A stretch of DNA of 64,000 nucleotides from Bacteroidales bacterium UBA1797 (GCA_002319885.1 DCFT01000028.1:88834-152833), one strand, 5' to 3'; positions 36,666-46,906 are shown, counted from the first letter of the stretch. The notes: generated by a model from the letters alone, not told the origin. Translations and numbers: made by a program.

Positions 36666-37241
36666 CTACTTTACAATGCCCGAAAAACCCATAAATGCAA
36701 GTGCAAGTATACCTGCTATTACAAGCGATAACGGAACACCTTTCATTCCTTTTGGAATATCGGCAAGTTCCAATTGTTCCCTGATACCTGCTAAAATAAT
36801 TAGTGCAAGTCCGAAACCAATGGCGGTGGCAGCACCGTATATAACTCCTTCAAAAAGATTATAATTTTTCTTTATAACGAGTATGGCGACTCCCAGAACT
36901 GCACAGTTTGTTGTTATCAGAGGAAGATATATTCCAAGCGCCTGGTAAAGTGGCTGACTGATTTTTTTCAGAATTATCTCAACCATCTGAACAAGTGCAG
37001 CAATTACAAGGATGAATATAATAGTCTGCATAAAAGCCAGTCCAAGTTTATCAAGAACATAAACCTGAATCAGATATGTGACCATTGTAGAGAGCACAAT
37101 AACGAAAGTGACCGCCCCAGCCATTCCGAGTGCAGTCTGAACTCTGTTGGATACTCCGAGAAATGGACATATCCCAAGAGTTTGAGCAAGAACTACATTA
37201 TTTATTAATACAGCAGATATTATTATTAATAGGTATTCCAT
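36666..37241 (-). CDS. rnfA: Rnf electron transport complex subunit A
   Basis: Polytopic 191-aa protein; NNVVLAQTLGICPFLGVS and PLITTNCAVLG motifs. Confidence 0.92.
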   Translation of the reverse strand: MEYLLIIISAVLINNVVLAQTLGICPFLGVSNRVQTALGMAGAVTFVIVLSTMVTYLIQVYVLDKLGLAFMQTIIFILVIAALVQMVEIILKKISQPLYQALGIYLPLITTNCAVLGVAILVIKKNYNLFEGVIYGAATAIGFGLALIILAGIREQLELADIPKGMKGVPLSLVIAGILALAFMGFSGIVK

Positions 37242-37253
37242 TTCAATTCGTTT

Positions 37254-37835
37254 TTAGGTTCTTCTTATCCGGTTAATAAGTGCAATAAGATATCCCAGGG
37301 CCATAAAGGCGCCGGGAGCCAGTATGAAAACAAGTATACCATCTCCCTTGATAAATTTATACCCGAATAAGGTTCCGCTTCCTAAAATTTCACGGAAAGC
37401 ACCCAGAATACCCAGAGCCATAGTAAATCCGAGTCCCATTCCCAATCCGTCAATAAATGAGGAGAATACAGAATTTTTGCATGCATAGGCTTCAGCTCGA
37501 CCAAGGACTATACAGTTAACGACTATAAGGGGAATAAAGATACCCAGAGTCTCATAAAGAGCTGGCACATAAGCCTGCATAAGAAGATCAACAACAGTTA
37601 CAAATGATGCTATTATAACCACAAATGCCGGTATCCTGACTTTATCAGGAATAACGTCTGAGAGAAGGGAAATCACAACATTTGATCCTATCAGAACAAA
37701 TGTAGTTGCAATGCCCATCCCCATGCCATTTATCGAGGAAGAAGTCGTGGCCAGGGTAGGACAGGTCCCAAGTACAAGTACAAGAATAGGATTTTCTCTG
37801 AAGAAACCCTTGGTAAAATTTTGCATCTGATTCAT
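37254..37835 (-). CDS. rnfE: Rnf electron transport complex subunit E
   Basis: NPILVLVLGTCPTLATT and PLIVVNCIVLGRAEA motifs. The ATG at 37835 overlaps the rnfG stop (ATGA). Confidence 0.9.
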   Translation of the reverse strand: MNQMQNFTKGFFRENPILVLVLGTCPTLATTSSSINGMGMGIATTFVLIGSNVVISLLSDVIPDKVRIPAFVVIIASFVTVVDLLMQAYVPALYETLGIFIPLIVVNCIVLGRAEAYACKNSVFSSFIDGLGMGLGFTMALGILGAFREILGSGTLFGYKFIKGDGILVFILAPGAFMALGYLIALINRIRRT

Positions 37836-38407
37836 TTCAGACCTCCTTTCTTTAAGGTAATATATGCCCTCTGAACAGCATCGCAAAAAGCCCTGGAACT
37901 GATAGTTGCTGCTGTAATAGCATCTACGGGGCCACCATCTTTCTTTACTTTCATAATAAACTCACCCGGGTTTTTATTGTTGAACTGATTTTTGAAAGCT
38001 GCTCCTGTCATTTTTGCTCCGAGGCCTGGTGTCTCTTTCTGCTGTAAAACAGAAATATTATATATTGTCCCATCAGGCTTAAATCCAGCTACAAGGTTTA
38101 TGGTACCACTGAAGCCTTTCTTCGAATAAGTACTTATTGCGTAACCTACTATCTGATTATTCTTTTTAGCAGGATAGACGTCAAGACTATCGCCTTCGCC
38201 CGTTGGCAGCCTGTACATCTCTTCATTTGGATTATTGTCAAATTCAGGGACTACTTCTCTTATTGCTGTAAGTTTTTTATTAAGAGCAGAAAGACCTATT
38301 GGCTCTTTGGTCATTTTATAAACAAAACCAAGACATGCTGATGCACCTAACGAAATAAACGTCAGAGACATAACCATATTCTTAAAGGTTGATTCAGCTT
38401 TAGCCAT
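37832..38407 (-). CDS. rnfG: Rnf electron transport complex subunit G (FMN-binding)
   Basis: N-terminal TM anchor, ETPGLG, and the FMN attachment motif DAITAATISS. Confidence 0.85.
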   Translation of the reverse strand: MAKAESTFKNMVMSLTFISLGASACLGFVYKMTKEPIGLSALNKKLTAIREVVPEFDNNPNEEMYRLPTGEGDSLDVYPAKKNNQIVGYAISTYSKKGFSGTINLVAGFKPDGTIYNISVLQQKETPGLGAKMTGAAFKNQFNNKNPGEFIMKVKKDGGPVDAITAATISSRAFCDAVQRAYITLKKGGLK

Positions 38408-39401
38408 ATTTTACCTCCTCCCCAAATCTTTTAGGTTTAATATAAGCATTCATAAGTGGTACAAAAGCATTCATGATTAATATTGCAAAAGAGACACCTT
38501 CAGGATATGCTCCCCATACCCTGATTACAACAGTTAGTATACCTATACAGCAGCCGTAAATTATCATCGCTTTAGGATTCATTGGGGAAGTAACATAATC
38601 AGTTGCCATAAAAATTGCACCCAGCATCACACCTCCTGTAAGCAAGTGAAAAACAGGACTCGCATTTGACTCAGGATGCCGGAGCCATAAAATTGTTGTA
38701 AATATTGCAACTGTTCCAATAATTGAAACCGGAATATGCCAGGTAATTATTTTCCTGTAAAGCATATAAACAAACCCGATGAGCAGAGCCAGAGCGGCTA
38801 CTTCACCCATTGAACCTCCCATTTTCCCGAGAAACATCTGAACTGTTGTTGGCACTTTGTGCATCAATTGTGAAATTGATTCTCCGTTTTTTAAGCCCTC
38901 TTTTATTATGGCCAGCGGAGTTGCTCCGGTTATAGCATCTGCATATCCCGTTTTGATTCCTGCGGGAACAGGCCAGTTAGTCATCTGGACAGGGAATGAT
39001 ATAAGTATGAAAACACGTCCTACCAGAGCCGGGTTAAACGGATTATTTCCTAATCCCCCGAAGGTCATTTTTGCTACTGCTATCGCTACAAAACTTCCAA
39101 TAACAATGATAAATACAGGTAGATTTGAAGGTAGATTGAAAGCAAGAAGCAAACCTGTAACAAGGGCTGAACCGTCGGTTATTGATATCGGCTTTTTAAG
39201 CACGAACCTTTGAAGCAGATATTCGAAGAGAATGCAGGAACTGACTGATGTGGCAACTACTATCAATGCACCTGCTCCAAAATAAATTACCGATGTTAGC
39301 AATGCCGGCATAAGCGCCAAAACTACTCCCAGCATCAGTTTCCTGGTTGTTTCCTCACCGTGTATGTGTGGGGAAGGAGATATATTAAGAAGATTACTCA
39401 T
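38400..39401 (-). CDS. rnfD: Rnf electron transport complex subunit D
   Basis: SPHIH N-terminus, polytopic, and an FMN site DAITGATPL. Confidence 0.9.
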   Translation of the reverse strand: MSNLLNISPSPHIHGEETTRKLMLGVVLALMPALLTSVIYFGAGALIVVATSVSSCILFEYLLQRFVLKKPISITDGSALVTGLLLAFNLPSNLPVFIIVIGSFVAIAVAKMTFGGLGNNPFNPALVGRVFILISFPVQMTNWPVPAGIKTGYADAITGATPLAIIKEGLKNGESISQLMHKVPTTVQMFLGKMGGSMGEVAALALLIGFVYMLYRKIITWHIPVSIIGTVAIFTTILWLRHPESNASPVFHLLTGGVMLGAIFMATDYVTSPMNPKAMIIYGCCIGILTVVIRVWGAYPEGVSFAILIMNAFVPLMNAYIKPKRFGEEVKYG

Positions 39402-39421
39402 TAGTCTGATTTTGTAACTGG

Positions 39422-40756
39422 TTATTTTGTATTTCTTTCCCGGGCCATCTTTATTACTGTTGATTTTCCAAGCCGGATATAGTCAAGCAATGGTCTGTCA
39501 GAGGGACAACAATAACTACACGAACCGCATTCCATGCAATCGGTTATCCTCTCTTCTTCGGCTTTTTCGAACAGACCTTTTTCTGCAAGCTTCATCAAAA
39601 GGTAAGGTTCAAGGTTAAGAGGACATACAGTACAGCATTTTGCGCATCTGATGCATGGTTGTACCTCAAGCCTTTCTGACTCTTCAAGTGGCATAACAAC
39701 TAAACCTGACATTCCTTTTACAACAGGTACATCTGCATTTCGGAGCGCTTTTCCCATCATAGGTCCGCCACTAATAATCTTGCCAGTATCACCAGGCATG
39801 CCACCGGCTGCTTCAATAAGATCACTGACAGGTGTTCCTATACGCACAACAAAATTACCAGGTTTTGCCAGTCCGTTCCCGGTTATTGTAACTACTCTTT
39901 CAAAAAGCGGTTTATTCTTCTGGACAGCCTCATAAACTGCAAATGCAGTACCCACATTCTGAACGACAGCACCAACATCCAGGGGAAGATGACCCGACGG
40001 CACTTCTCTGTTGATCAATGCTTTGATTAACTGCTTTTCAGCGCCCTGAGGATATTTAACTTTTAATGCGTGAACAGTTATTCCTTTAAAGGAGGACGCG
40101 AGTTTCGTAAGGTGATCTATTGCATCAGGCTTATTTTCTTCAATACCGATCATTGCTCTTTCAACTTTAAGAGCTTTCATAAGTATTGACACACCGATAA
40201 GAATCTCTTCACCTTTCTCCAGCATAAGGCGATGATCGGAAGTAAGGTAAGGTTCACACTCAACTCCGTTTATAATGAGCAGGTTACATTTCTTTCCCGC
40301 AGGAATAGTCAGTTTTATATATGTAGGAAATGTTGCACCTCCCAGACCTACTATACCTGTTTCGAGACATCTTTTAGTGATCTCTTCCGGAGAGAGCTTT
40401 ATTTCAGTTAAGATTTCACTGCTTTTGTTAATTGATTCGATCCATTCATCACCTTCAACATCAATATAAACAGCTGTCTGCTTATATCCTGATGAATCAA
40501 TTATAGTATCAATTTTACTCACTTTTCCGGATACTGAAGAATGAATATTTGCTGACACAAAACCTTTACTCGTTGCTATTACCTGTCCTGTCCTTACATA
40601 ATCTCCCTTGGCTACAATTACTGTCGCAGGAGCACCTAAGTGCTGTGACACAGGAATTGTGACACTTGCAGGAACAGGAAGATAAGAAATTGGCTGATTT
40701 GCAGTAAGCTTATGTTCGGGTGGATGAATACCTCCAATGGGAAATGTTTTCAACAC
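39422..40756 (-). CDS. rnfC: Rnf electron transport complex subunit C
   Basis: MLKTFPIGGIHPP N-terminus with a GTG start. Two 4Fe-4S motifs (CIRCAKCCTVCP, CMECGSCSYCCP) and GLGGATFP. Confidence 0.9.
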   Translation of the reverse strand: MLKTFPIGGIHPPEHKLTANQPISYLPVPASVTIPVSQHLGAPATVIVAKGDYVRTGQVIATSKGFVSANIHSSVSGKVSKIDTIIDSSGYKQTAVYIDVEGDEWIESINKSSEILTEIKLSPEEITKRCLETGIVGLGGATFPTYIKLTIPAGKKCNLLIINGVECEPYLTSDHRLMLEKGEEILIGVSILMKALKVERAMIGIEENKPDAIDHLTKLASSFKGITVHALKVKYPQGAEKQLIKALINREVPSGHLPLDVGAVVQNVGTAFAVYEAVQKNKPLFERVVTITGNGLAKPGNFVVRIGTPVSDLIEAAGGMPGDTGKIISGGPMMGKALRNADVPVVKGMSGLVVMPLEESERLEVQPCIRCAKCCTVCPLNLEPYLLMKLAEKGLFEKAEEERITDCMECGSCSYCCPSDRPLLDYIRLGKSTVIKMARERNTK

Positions 40757-40789
40757 TATTTTAATCTTTTATTTTTTATAATTTAATTT

Positions 40790-41650
40790 TCAGTTAACAG
40801 TCTCTGTCTGAACTTCAACCTTTGGTTTTCTGGGTGCAAAGTTCAGTTCTATAATTGAATTTGTAGGACATTCTGTTACGCATTTCCTGCAGAAAGTACA
40901 TTTTTTTGCATCAATATAAGCAAGGTTATTCTCTATGGTTATGGCACCGAATTCACACACCTTAACACATTTGCTGCATGCTATACAGGCCACTTTGCAG
41001 GCTCTTCTGGCAGGACCGCCCTTGTCGCAGTTTGAGCATGCAACATAAATTTTTCTCTCTTTTTTTGCTTTTTTACGTAGTTCGATGATATTTCTTGGAC
41101 ATGCTTTTACACAGGCACCGCAAGCGACACAATTGTCATCAATAATTACAGGAAGACCTGTTAATGGATCTATAGTCATTGCTCCGAAAGTACAGGCTTT
41201 TACACAGTCACCAAAACCAAGACAGCCATAGCTGCAATCAGATTCTCCTATATAAAGGCTGTTTGAAATTCTGCAATCAGATGCCCCTGTATAATTTGAA
41301 GTGCGGGGCCTGTTTTCAGGTGTTCCGTTGCAAAGAAGAACTGCAACCTGGGGATCGACCACAGGAGCCTCTTTCCCGAGTATTTTTGCTGCACCTGCCA
41401 TAACCTCAGCGCCGCCAACCGGACAGTAAAGGCCATCAAAAGTTTCTGCATTCACAAGGGCCTCTGCCAGGCTGCGGCAACCTGCATATCCACAACCACC
41501 GCAATTTGCTGCTGGAAGAACTGCCTGTACTTCGTCAATCCTTGGATCTTCGTATACTTTAAATCTCTGAGCAATAAAGTAGAGAATTACAGCTGAGACA
41601 AGTGCAAGAAGACTCAGGCTTATAATTGTTATCAGAATTATGTGATCCAT
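40790..41650 (-). CDS. rnfB: Rnf electron transport complex subunit B (polyferredoxin)
   Basis: N-terminal TM anchor, ANCGGCGYAGC, and multiple CxxCxxCxxxCP clusters. Confidence 0.88.
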   Translation of the reverse strand: MDHIILITIISLSLLALVSAVILYFIAQRFKVYEDPRIDEVQAVLPAANCGGCGYAGCRSLAEALVNAETFDGLYCPVGGAEVMAGAAKILGKEAPVVDPQVAVLLCNGTPENRPRTSNYTGASDCRISNSLYIGESDCSYGCLGFGDCVKACTFGAMTIDPLTGLPVIIDDNCVACGACVKACPRNIIELRKKAKKERKIYVACSNCDKGGPARRACKVACIACSKCVKVCEFGAITIENNLAYIDAKKCTFCRKCVTECPTNSIIELNFAPRKPKVEVQTETVN

Positions 41651-41653
41651 TAA

Positions 41654-42076
41654 CTAAACTTTTAAAGTAAACGTAAATTTTTTACCTATTCTTTCTCTAA
41701 AAAAATAGAGTATTGAATAATATGGTATAAGAATTGTAAGCGAAATCAAACCGGAGATCAATTCAGGTGCTTTCAGGGAATTCATGATTATCAGTACTGC
41801 TATAACAGCTATGCCAGGTAAAATATAACCCAGAAAGAGGGCAGCATAGCCCATTGACTGTTTCATCAGGATGGTAACTTTATCGCCGGGTTTTACATCA
41901 TATCTGCCTTGTACATCTATAATTTTTTCCTCTTTTCCTGACATAATGCATCCAGCTTCGGCATGACAGCCTGAACATGCAGACGAGGATATTATACTTA
42001 CAGAAACAGTATTATAATCCTTCCGTAAGACTATTCCATCATGATTAATAATTCCTGAACTATCTGAATTGGCCAT
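41654..42076 (-). CDS. RseC/MucC family (SoxR-reducing system) protein
   Basis: N-terminal CSGCHAEAGC and two C-terminal TM helices. It sits directly upstream of rnfB, as is usual. Confidence 0.75.
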   Translation of the reverse strand: MANSDSSGIINHDGIVLRKDYNTVSVSIISSSACSGCHAEAGCIMSGKEEKIIDVQGRYDVKPGDKVTILMKQSMGYAALFLGYILPGIAVIAVLIIMNSLKAPELISGLISLTILIPYYSILYFFRERIGKKFTFTLKV

Positions 42077-42102
42077 GAACTATTCTGAAAAAATGTAATT
42101 CG

Positions 42103-42110
42103 CAAAATTA
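42103..42110 (-). promoter_or_regulatory. candidate -7 box (TAatTTTG on the minus strand) for the rseC-rnf operon
   Basis: The plus strand reads caaaatta. It lies 27 nt upstream of the rseC start at 42076. Confidence 0.35.
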
Positions 42111-42191
42111 AGATTAAGGGACAATTGAAGGATGCTTTTTGTCATTTTTTAGAACCATTTAATTATTTATTCTGATTATAAATAAAAGATC

Positions 42192-44303
42192 CTAGCTGAT
42201 ATAACTCCATGATTGTCTCTGGCTGAACAGCCTTTTTAATTCCGATCGGAATACCTTGTTCTCATTATTTTCAAGAAGAGGATCATGATTCAGTATATCC
42301 TCTGCAATATGTCTCACATATTCAATCAATTGTCCGTCTTTGCCCAGATCAGCTATCTTCAGATCAAAAGGGATCCCGCTCTGGAGCGTTCCTTCAATAT
42401 CGCCGGGACCTCTAAGCTGAAGATCTGTCTCTGCGATCTCAAAACCATCATTTGTACTGATCATCACTTCAATTCTCTTTGCTGCCTCTCTGGAAAGTTT
42501 ATCGGATGTCATTAGAATACAATACGACTGATCCGCACCTCTGCCAACACGTCCTCTGAGCTGATGCAGCTGTGAAAGACCGAATCGTTCGGCGCTCTCA
42601 ATTACCATTACCGTGGCATTAGGAATATCAACACCTACCTCAATAACAGTAGTAGCGATAAGTATTTGTGCTACTCCATCCTTGAACAGCTTCATCGACA
42701 TTTCTTTATTTGCCGGAGTCATCTTTCCATGAACAATGCTAAGACAATATTTTGGTGCCGGAAATACTCTTGAAATAGTATCCCAACCGTCTTCAAGGTC
42801 CTTATAATCCATTGTTTCTGATTCTTTTATCAGAGGATAGACTATATAGATCTGGCGGTGATTCTCTATCTGGTTCCTGATGAATCCAAAAACTTTATTT
42901 CTTTCCGAATCAGTAAAATGCATTGTTTTTATAGGAACTCTGCCCGGAGGCAGTTCATCAATTACCGAAACATCGAGGTCCCCATAAAGAGTCATTGCAA
43001 GAGTTCTTGGAATAGGAGTGGCCGTCATAACAAGAATATGGGGAGGATTAAGGTTCTTCTGCCAGAGTTTTGACCTTTGTTCAACTCCAAACCTGTGTTG
43101 TTCATCGATAATCACAAGTCCCAGATTTGCAAACTGAACATTTTCTTCAAGCAGAGCATGAGTTCCAATAAGGATATTGAGTGATCTGTCGAGGAGGGAT
43201 TCAGCAATTGATTTACGTGAAGTCTTTTTTGACGAACCTGTTAGCAGACGTATTTTGATATCAATTCCCTCGAGTAATTTTGATATAGTCTGAAAATGCT
43301 GGTTTGCGAGGATTTCAGTAGGAGCCATGATGCATGCCTGGTATCCGTTGTCAAGAGCAATAAGCATACTCATCAGTGCCACAAGTGTCTTCCCGCTGCC
43401 AACGTCTCCCTGGAGCAACCGGTTCATTTGTTTTCCGGAGCCCAGATCTTTCCGTATCTCCTTCATAACTCTTTTCTGAGCTTCTGTCAGCGTAAAAGGT
43501 AAATTGTTATAATAGAAATTATTGAAATTATCGCCTACACTTGAAAAAACAAAACCCTTGAATTTTATACTTCGGTTTGTTTTGTACCTCAGAAGATTAA
43601 GCTGAATATAGAACAACTCTTCAAATTTCAACCGGTGCCTGGCCTTTTCAAGTTCGTCTGGTGTAGAAGGAAAATGTATCTTATGAAGTGCTTCATGAAG
43701 CTCCATCAATTTATACAGCGAAGTAATATATGCGGGTAATGTCTCAGGCAACCGGGTCTTCAACTGTTTTAGCAAATTGCCAATCAGTTTGCTTATTGTC
43801 TTTGACGTTAAAAATTGATTCTTAAGCTTCTCGGTAGTACTGTACTGGGCCTGCAGTGCTGAATTAATCCTTTCTGCCATCTTACCGGCTGCTTCAATTT
43901 CAGGATGTATAATATTAATCATCCCATTAAAAACACCCGGTTTCCCGAATACTATAAATTCAACACCAGGACTAAAACTTCCGGTAATCCATTTTCCTCC
44001 TTTAAACCATATAAGTTTAATGGTTCCTGTCTCATCCTGAAAATCAGCAACTAATCGTTTCCCGGTACCGTGGCCTTCAGTTGAATATCCTTTTATAACA
44101 CCTCTTATCTGAACAAACGGAAGGTCGGGGTCAAGTTCAGCAATTTTATAAAATCTGGTTCTGTCGATATATTTATATGGAAAGTAGTAAAGCAGATCGC
44201 GGAAAGTAAAAATACTTAATTCTTTATTAAGCAGTTCCGCTCTTTTCGGGCCAACTCCCTGCAGATAGGTAATGTCTGTATCTAAAAACTCCTGCTGATT
44301 CAT
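42192..44303 (-). CDS. recG: ATP-dependent DNA helicase RecG
   Basis: Wedge-domain N-terminus, and helicase motifs GDVGSGKT, DEQHRFG, MTATPIPRT and QLHQLRGRVGRG. Confidence 0.93.
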   Translation of the reverse strand: MNQQEFLDTDITYLQGVGPKRAELLNKELSIFTFRDLLYYFPYKYIDRTRFYKIAELDPDLPFVQIRGVIKGYSTEGHGTGKRLVADFQDETGTIKLIWFKGGKWITGSFSPGVEFIVFGKPGVFNGMINIIHPEIEAAGKMAERINSALQAQYSTTEKLKNQFLTSKTISKLIGNLLKQLKTRLPETLPAYITSLYKLMELHEALHKIHFPSTPDELEKARHRLKFEELFYIQLNLLRYKTNRSIKFKGFVFSSVGDNFNNFYYNNLPFTLTEAQKRVMKEIRKDLGSGKQMNRLLQGDVGSGKTLVALMSMLIALDNGYQACIMAPTEILANQHFQTISKLLEGIDIKIRLLTGSSKKTSRKSIAESLLDRSLNILIGTHALLEENVQFANLGLVIIDEQHRFGVEQRSKLWQKNLNPPHILVMTATPIPRTLAMTLYGDLDVSVIDELPPGRVPIKTMHFTDSERNKVFGFIRNQIENHRQIYIVYPLIKESETMDYKDLEDGWDTISRVFPAPKYCLSIVHGKMTPANKEMSMKLFKDGVAQILIATTVIEVGVDIPNATVMVIESAERFGLSQLHQLRGRVGRGADQSYCILMTSDKLSREAAKRIEVMISTNDGFEIAETDLQLRGPGDIEGTLQSGIPFDLKIADLGKDGQLIEYVRHIAEDILNHDPLLENNENKVFRSELKRLFSQRQSWSYIS

Positions 44304-44330
44304 TTGGAAAACATAAGATATTGATTCTTT

Positions 44331-44621
44331 TTAACCGCAAAAGGCACTGATAAGGTGGCCTGCGGTGGGTGCCGAAAAAGGCATTAATTATCACCTTTCT
44401 CCTTTGTGCTACTTTGTGCCTTACTTTGTGATCCTTTGTGGTTCAATGAATTATGTATTACCACAAAAGTACACAAATGTTATCACGAAGGTTAGCAAAG
44501 GATTTCTTAGACAATCCCTTCCTCCATAATGGGGACTAATTCTCTCATAATAAGACAATTATTCTTAAAAATCGAGGGTTAGCACCTCTTTAGGGAGGAA
44601 GGGGGGCAAATATATCTTTGC
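44331..44621. repeat. composite intergenic repeat: inverted arrays of phased CTTTGTG/CACAAAG heptamers plus a long-range GC stem
   Basis: CTTTGTG lies at 44402, 44412, 44424 and 44434 (spacing 10/12/10). Degenerate CACAAAG-type units on the other arm lie at 44462, 44472, 44484 and 44494 (same 10/12/10 spacing). The ends are ttaaccgc (44331) and gtggttcaa (44438-44446). cccttcctcc (44516-44525) pairs with ggaggaaggg (44595-44604). Confidence 0.7.
44613..44620 (+). promoter_or_regulatory. candidate -7 box (TAtcTTTG) for the methyltransferase gene, embedded in the last heptamer of the repeat
   Basis: Exact TAnnTTTG match, ~80 nt upstream of the ATG at 44702. Confidence 0.3.
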
Positions 44622-44701
44622 GATCTCTTAGCTTACCGGATTTCATTATCCGAAAATACGTATTTTTGAAAAGCTGTCCTAATTATAAATACAGCATAGA
44701 A

Positions 44702-45490
44702 ATGATTTTTTCCAGAACACTCAAATATCTGAATTACATTCTGTTATCGCGTCACAAAAAGGGCCATGGAATTCACAGCCCGTTTGTTTTTGATCTTGTG
44801 TCAAGGATTTTCAGGAATAAAATTGATCCTTCAATTACTCTCACTGTTGAAAAAGTCAGAAAGAAAATGATCGCCGATACACGAAGCATCATGGTGAATG
44901 ATCTTGGTGCACGATCAGGATTGATGAAAACGAACATACAAAAAGTTGCTGAAATTGCAAAGCACTCTCCGGTGACGATGAAATACGGCATCTTATTATC
45001 AAATATGGCGGCCGAATTTGGAAAGCCGCTAATAATTGAACTGGGTACCTCCTTAGGAATCAGTGCTATGTATATGGCCGCCTCATGCACAGATACAACA
45101 ATATGTACAATAGACGCTTGTCAATCAATCTCAGAAATTGCACGACATAATATAATTGAAGCCGGACTTAAGAATATTAATATTCTCAATGGTTCGTTTG
45201 ATGATATACTGCCACGTTTAACCGACAGTGGAATTAAACCGGGAATGGTATTTATTGATGGAAACCACAGGAAAGAACCTGTAATAAAATATTTCAACCA
45301 TATAGCTGAATTTTCCGGTGATGGAACTGTAATTATTATTGATGATATAAATTATTCAAAAGAAATGGCGGAAGCGTGGAAAGAAATAAAACTTCATCCG
45401 AAGGTTACTGTTACTATCGATCTTTTCAGAATGGGAATCTTATTTTTCAGGGGTGGAATTAATCACAATAACTATGTAATCAGATATTAA
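44702..45490 (+). CDS. class I SAM-dependent (O-)methyltransferase
   Basis: SAM-binding motif IIELGTSLGIS and a VFIDGNHRKEP acidic loop. The track start at 44618 is a TTG inside the repeat; the first ATG is at 44702. Confidence 0.75.
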   Translation: MIFSRTLKYLNYILLSRHKKGHGIHSPFVFDLVSRIFRNKIDPSITLTVEKVRKKMIADTRSIMVNDLGARSGLMKTNIQKVAEIAKHSPVTMKYGILLSNMAAEFGKPLIIELGTSLGISAMYMAASCTDTTICTIDACQSISEIARHNIIEAGLKNINILNGSFDDILPRLTDSGIKPGMVFIDGNHRKEPVIKYFNHIAEFSGDGTVIIIDDINYSKEMAEAWKEIKLHPKVTVTIDLFRMGILFFRGGINHNNYVIRY

Positions 45491-45562
45491 CAAAAATTAG
45501 GGCATTTAAATTTATTATTTGATATATTTAGTCTAATTTCGAATTTCAAATTTTTAAACATT

Positions 45563-46264
45563 ATGGATAAAGTAATCGAGATTCACAACATTGTTAAGAA
45601 TTACCAGGTAGGATCAGTGATTGTGGGGGCTTTAAGATCCGTTTCTATCGATATAGAAAAGAATGAGTACGTTGCTATAATGGGCCCTTCCGGTTCCGGG
45701 AAATCCACACTGATGAATCTGCTTGGTTGCCTCGATACCCCCACCAGTGGCAGTTATATCCTCAATGGTACCGATGTAAGTAAAATGGAAGATGATTACC
45801 TTGCTGAAATAAGAAATAAAGAGATTGGATTTATATTTCAAACTTTTAATTTGCTTCCAAGATATTCTGCGCTTGAGAATGTTACCTTACCTTTAATATA
45901 TGCCGGAGTGCCTAAATTGGAAAGAGAAAAGGTGGCGGTTGAAACTCTTGAACAGGTAGGTCTGGCAGACAGGATGACACATAAGCCAAATGAACTTTCC
46001 GGAGGACAGCGCCAGCGTGTTGCTATAGCCAGGGCGCTTGTAAATAAGCCCTCAATAATCCTTGCTGATGAGCCTACAGGGAACCTCGACAGCAAAACAT
46101 CTCTTGATATCATGGGACTTCTTGATGCTATTCATAAAAAAGGGAATACAGTGATTGTTGTTACACATGAAGAGGATATTGCCAAACATGCAGCCAGGAT
46201 AATCAGGCTGTTCGATGGGGAGATTGCACAGGATTACCGTAATGAACAGTATGTGAAATTATAA
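45563..46264 (+). CDS. ABC transporter ATP-binding protein (MacB/LolD-like)
   Basis: Walker [10 protein letters not shown], signature LSGGQRQR, Walker [12 protein letters not shown]. Confidence 0.9.
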   Translation: MDKVIEIHNIVKNYQVGSVIVGALRSVSIDIEKNEYVAIMGPSGSGKSTLMNLLGCLDTPTSGSYILNGTDVSKMEDDYLAEIRNKEIGFIFQTFNLLPRYSALENVTLPLIYAGVPKLEREKVAVETLEQVGLADRMTHKPNELSGGQRQRVAIARALVNKPSIILADEPTGNLDSKTSLDIMGLLDAIHKKGNTVIVVTHEEDIAKHAARIIRLFDGEIAQDYRNEQYVKL

Positions 46265-46313
46265 AGTTCCAATCTGAAATTATTTTGCTTCTAATTTTTC
46301 CTTTAACTGTAAT

Positions 46314-46856
46314 ATGAAGATCTATACCCTTACAGGTGATGATGGTACAACTTCATTGTCGGGAGGCAGAAGAGTACCTAAACATTCTATTCGTGTTGAA
46401 GCTTATGGTTCTGTAGATGAGCTTATTGCATGGATTGGACTGTTGCGCGATCACAAGGAGAACAGAATCCGTAAGGACCTGCTTGTTTACATACAGAATC
46501 AGCTGATGAGATGTGCTGCTGCACTCGCCTATGACAGTCAAAACCCAAAAAGCAAAGAAATCTTACCCGATGCTGATTGCATTTCTGTAATTGAAAAAGA
46601 AATTGACATTATGGAGGAGAGTCTGACTCCATTGAATAACTTTATTCTTCCCGGCGGAAACATACTTGTATCATATTGTCATATAGCCCGCTGTGTATGT
46701 CGAAGGGCGGAAAGAGCTGTTTTAAGGTTAAACAATATCGAGCAATCACCTGAAATTGTGAATAAATTCCTCAACCGGCTTTCCGATTTTTTATTTGTTC
46801 TTTCAAGAAAAATAGCATTAGAGCTTGATATTGAAGAGATTAAGTGGGTTCTATGA
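46314..46856 (+). CDS. PduO-type ATP:cob(I)alamin adenosyltransferase
   Basis: MKIYTLTGDDGTTSL...RVEAYGSVDELIAWIG and RCVCRRAER patterns. Confidence 0.85.
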   Translation: MKIYTLTGDDGTTSLSGGRRVPKHSIRVEAYGSVDELIAWIGLLRDHKENRIRKDLLVYIQNQLMRCAAALAYDSQNPKSKEILPDADCISVIEKEIDIMEESLTPLNNFILPGGNILVSYCHIARCVCRRAERAVLRLNNIEQSPEIVNKFLNRLSDFLFVLSRKIALELDIEEIKWVL

Positions 46857-46906
46857 ATCGTTAAAAAACTTGAAATGTAGTATTGTTTTTTAAATAAAAT
46901 AATATA

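Noticed and set aside
36666-42076. rseC-rnfBCDGEA cluster as a novel system
   Set aside because: This is the standard, well-known Rnf operon organisation, with typical ATGA or short overlaps. Nothing is unusual beyond a GTG start for rnfC.
44402-44501. CTTTGTG array as a possible CRISPR or minisatellite
   Set aside because: The units are only 7 bp with 3-5 bp spacers, and the array is mirrored on the other strand. No cas genes are present. It is reported instead as an intergenic repeat family.
44516-44604. Long-range GC stem upstream of a SAM-dependent methyltransferase as a possible SAM riboswitch
   Set aside because: I could not recognise any conserved core of the SAM-I, SAM-II or SAM/SAH classes. 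The stem sits upstream of the best promoter box (44613-44620), so it would not be in the mRNA leader. It is more likely part of the repeat element.
45563-46264. ABC ATPase lacking an adjacent permease
   Set aside because: LolD/MacB-type ATPases are often encoded apart from their permeases in Bacteroidota. With only one window this cannot be called anomalous.
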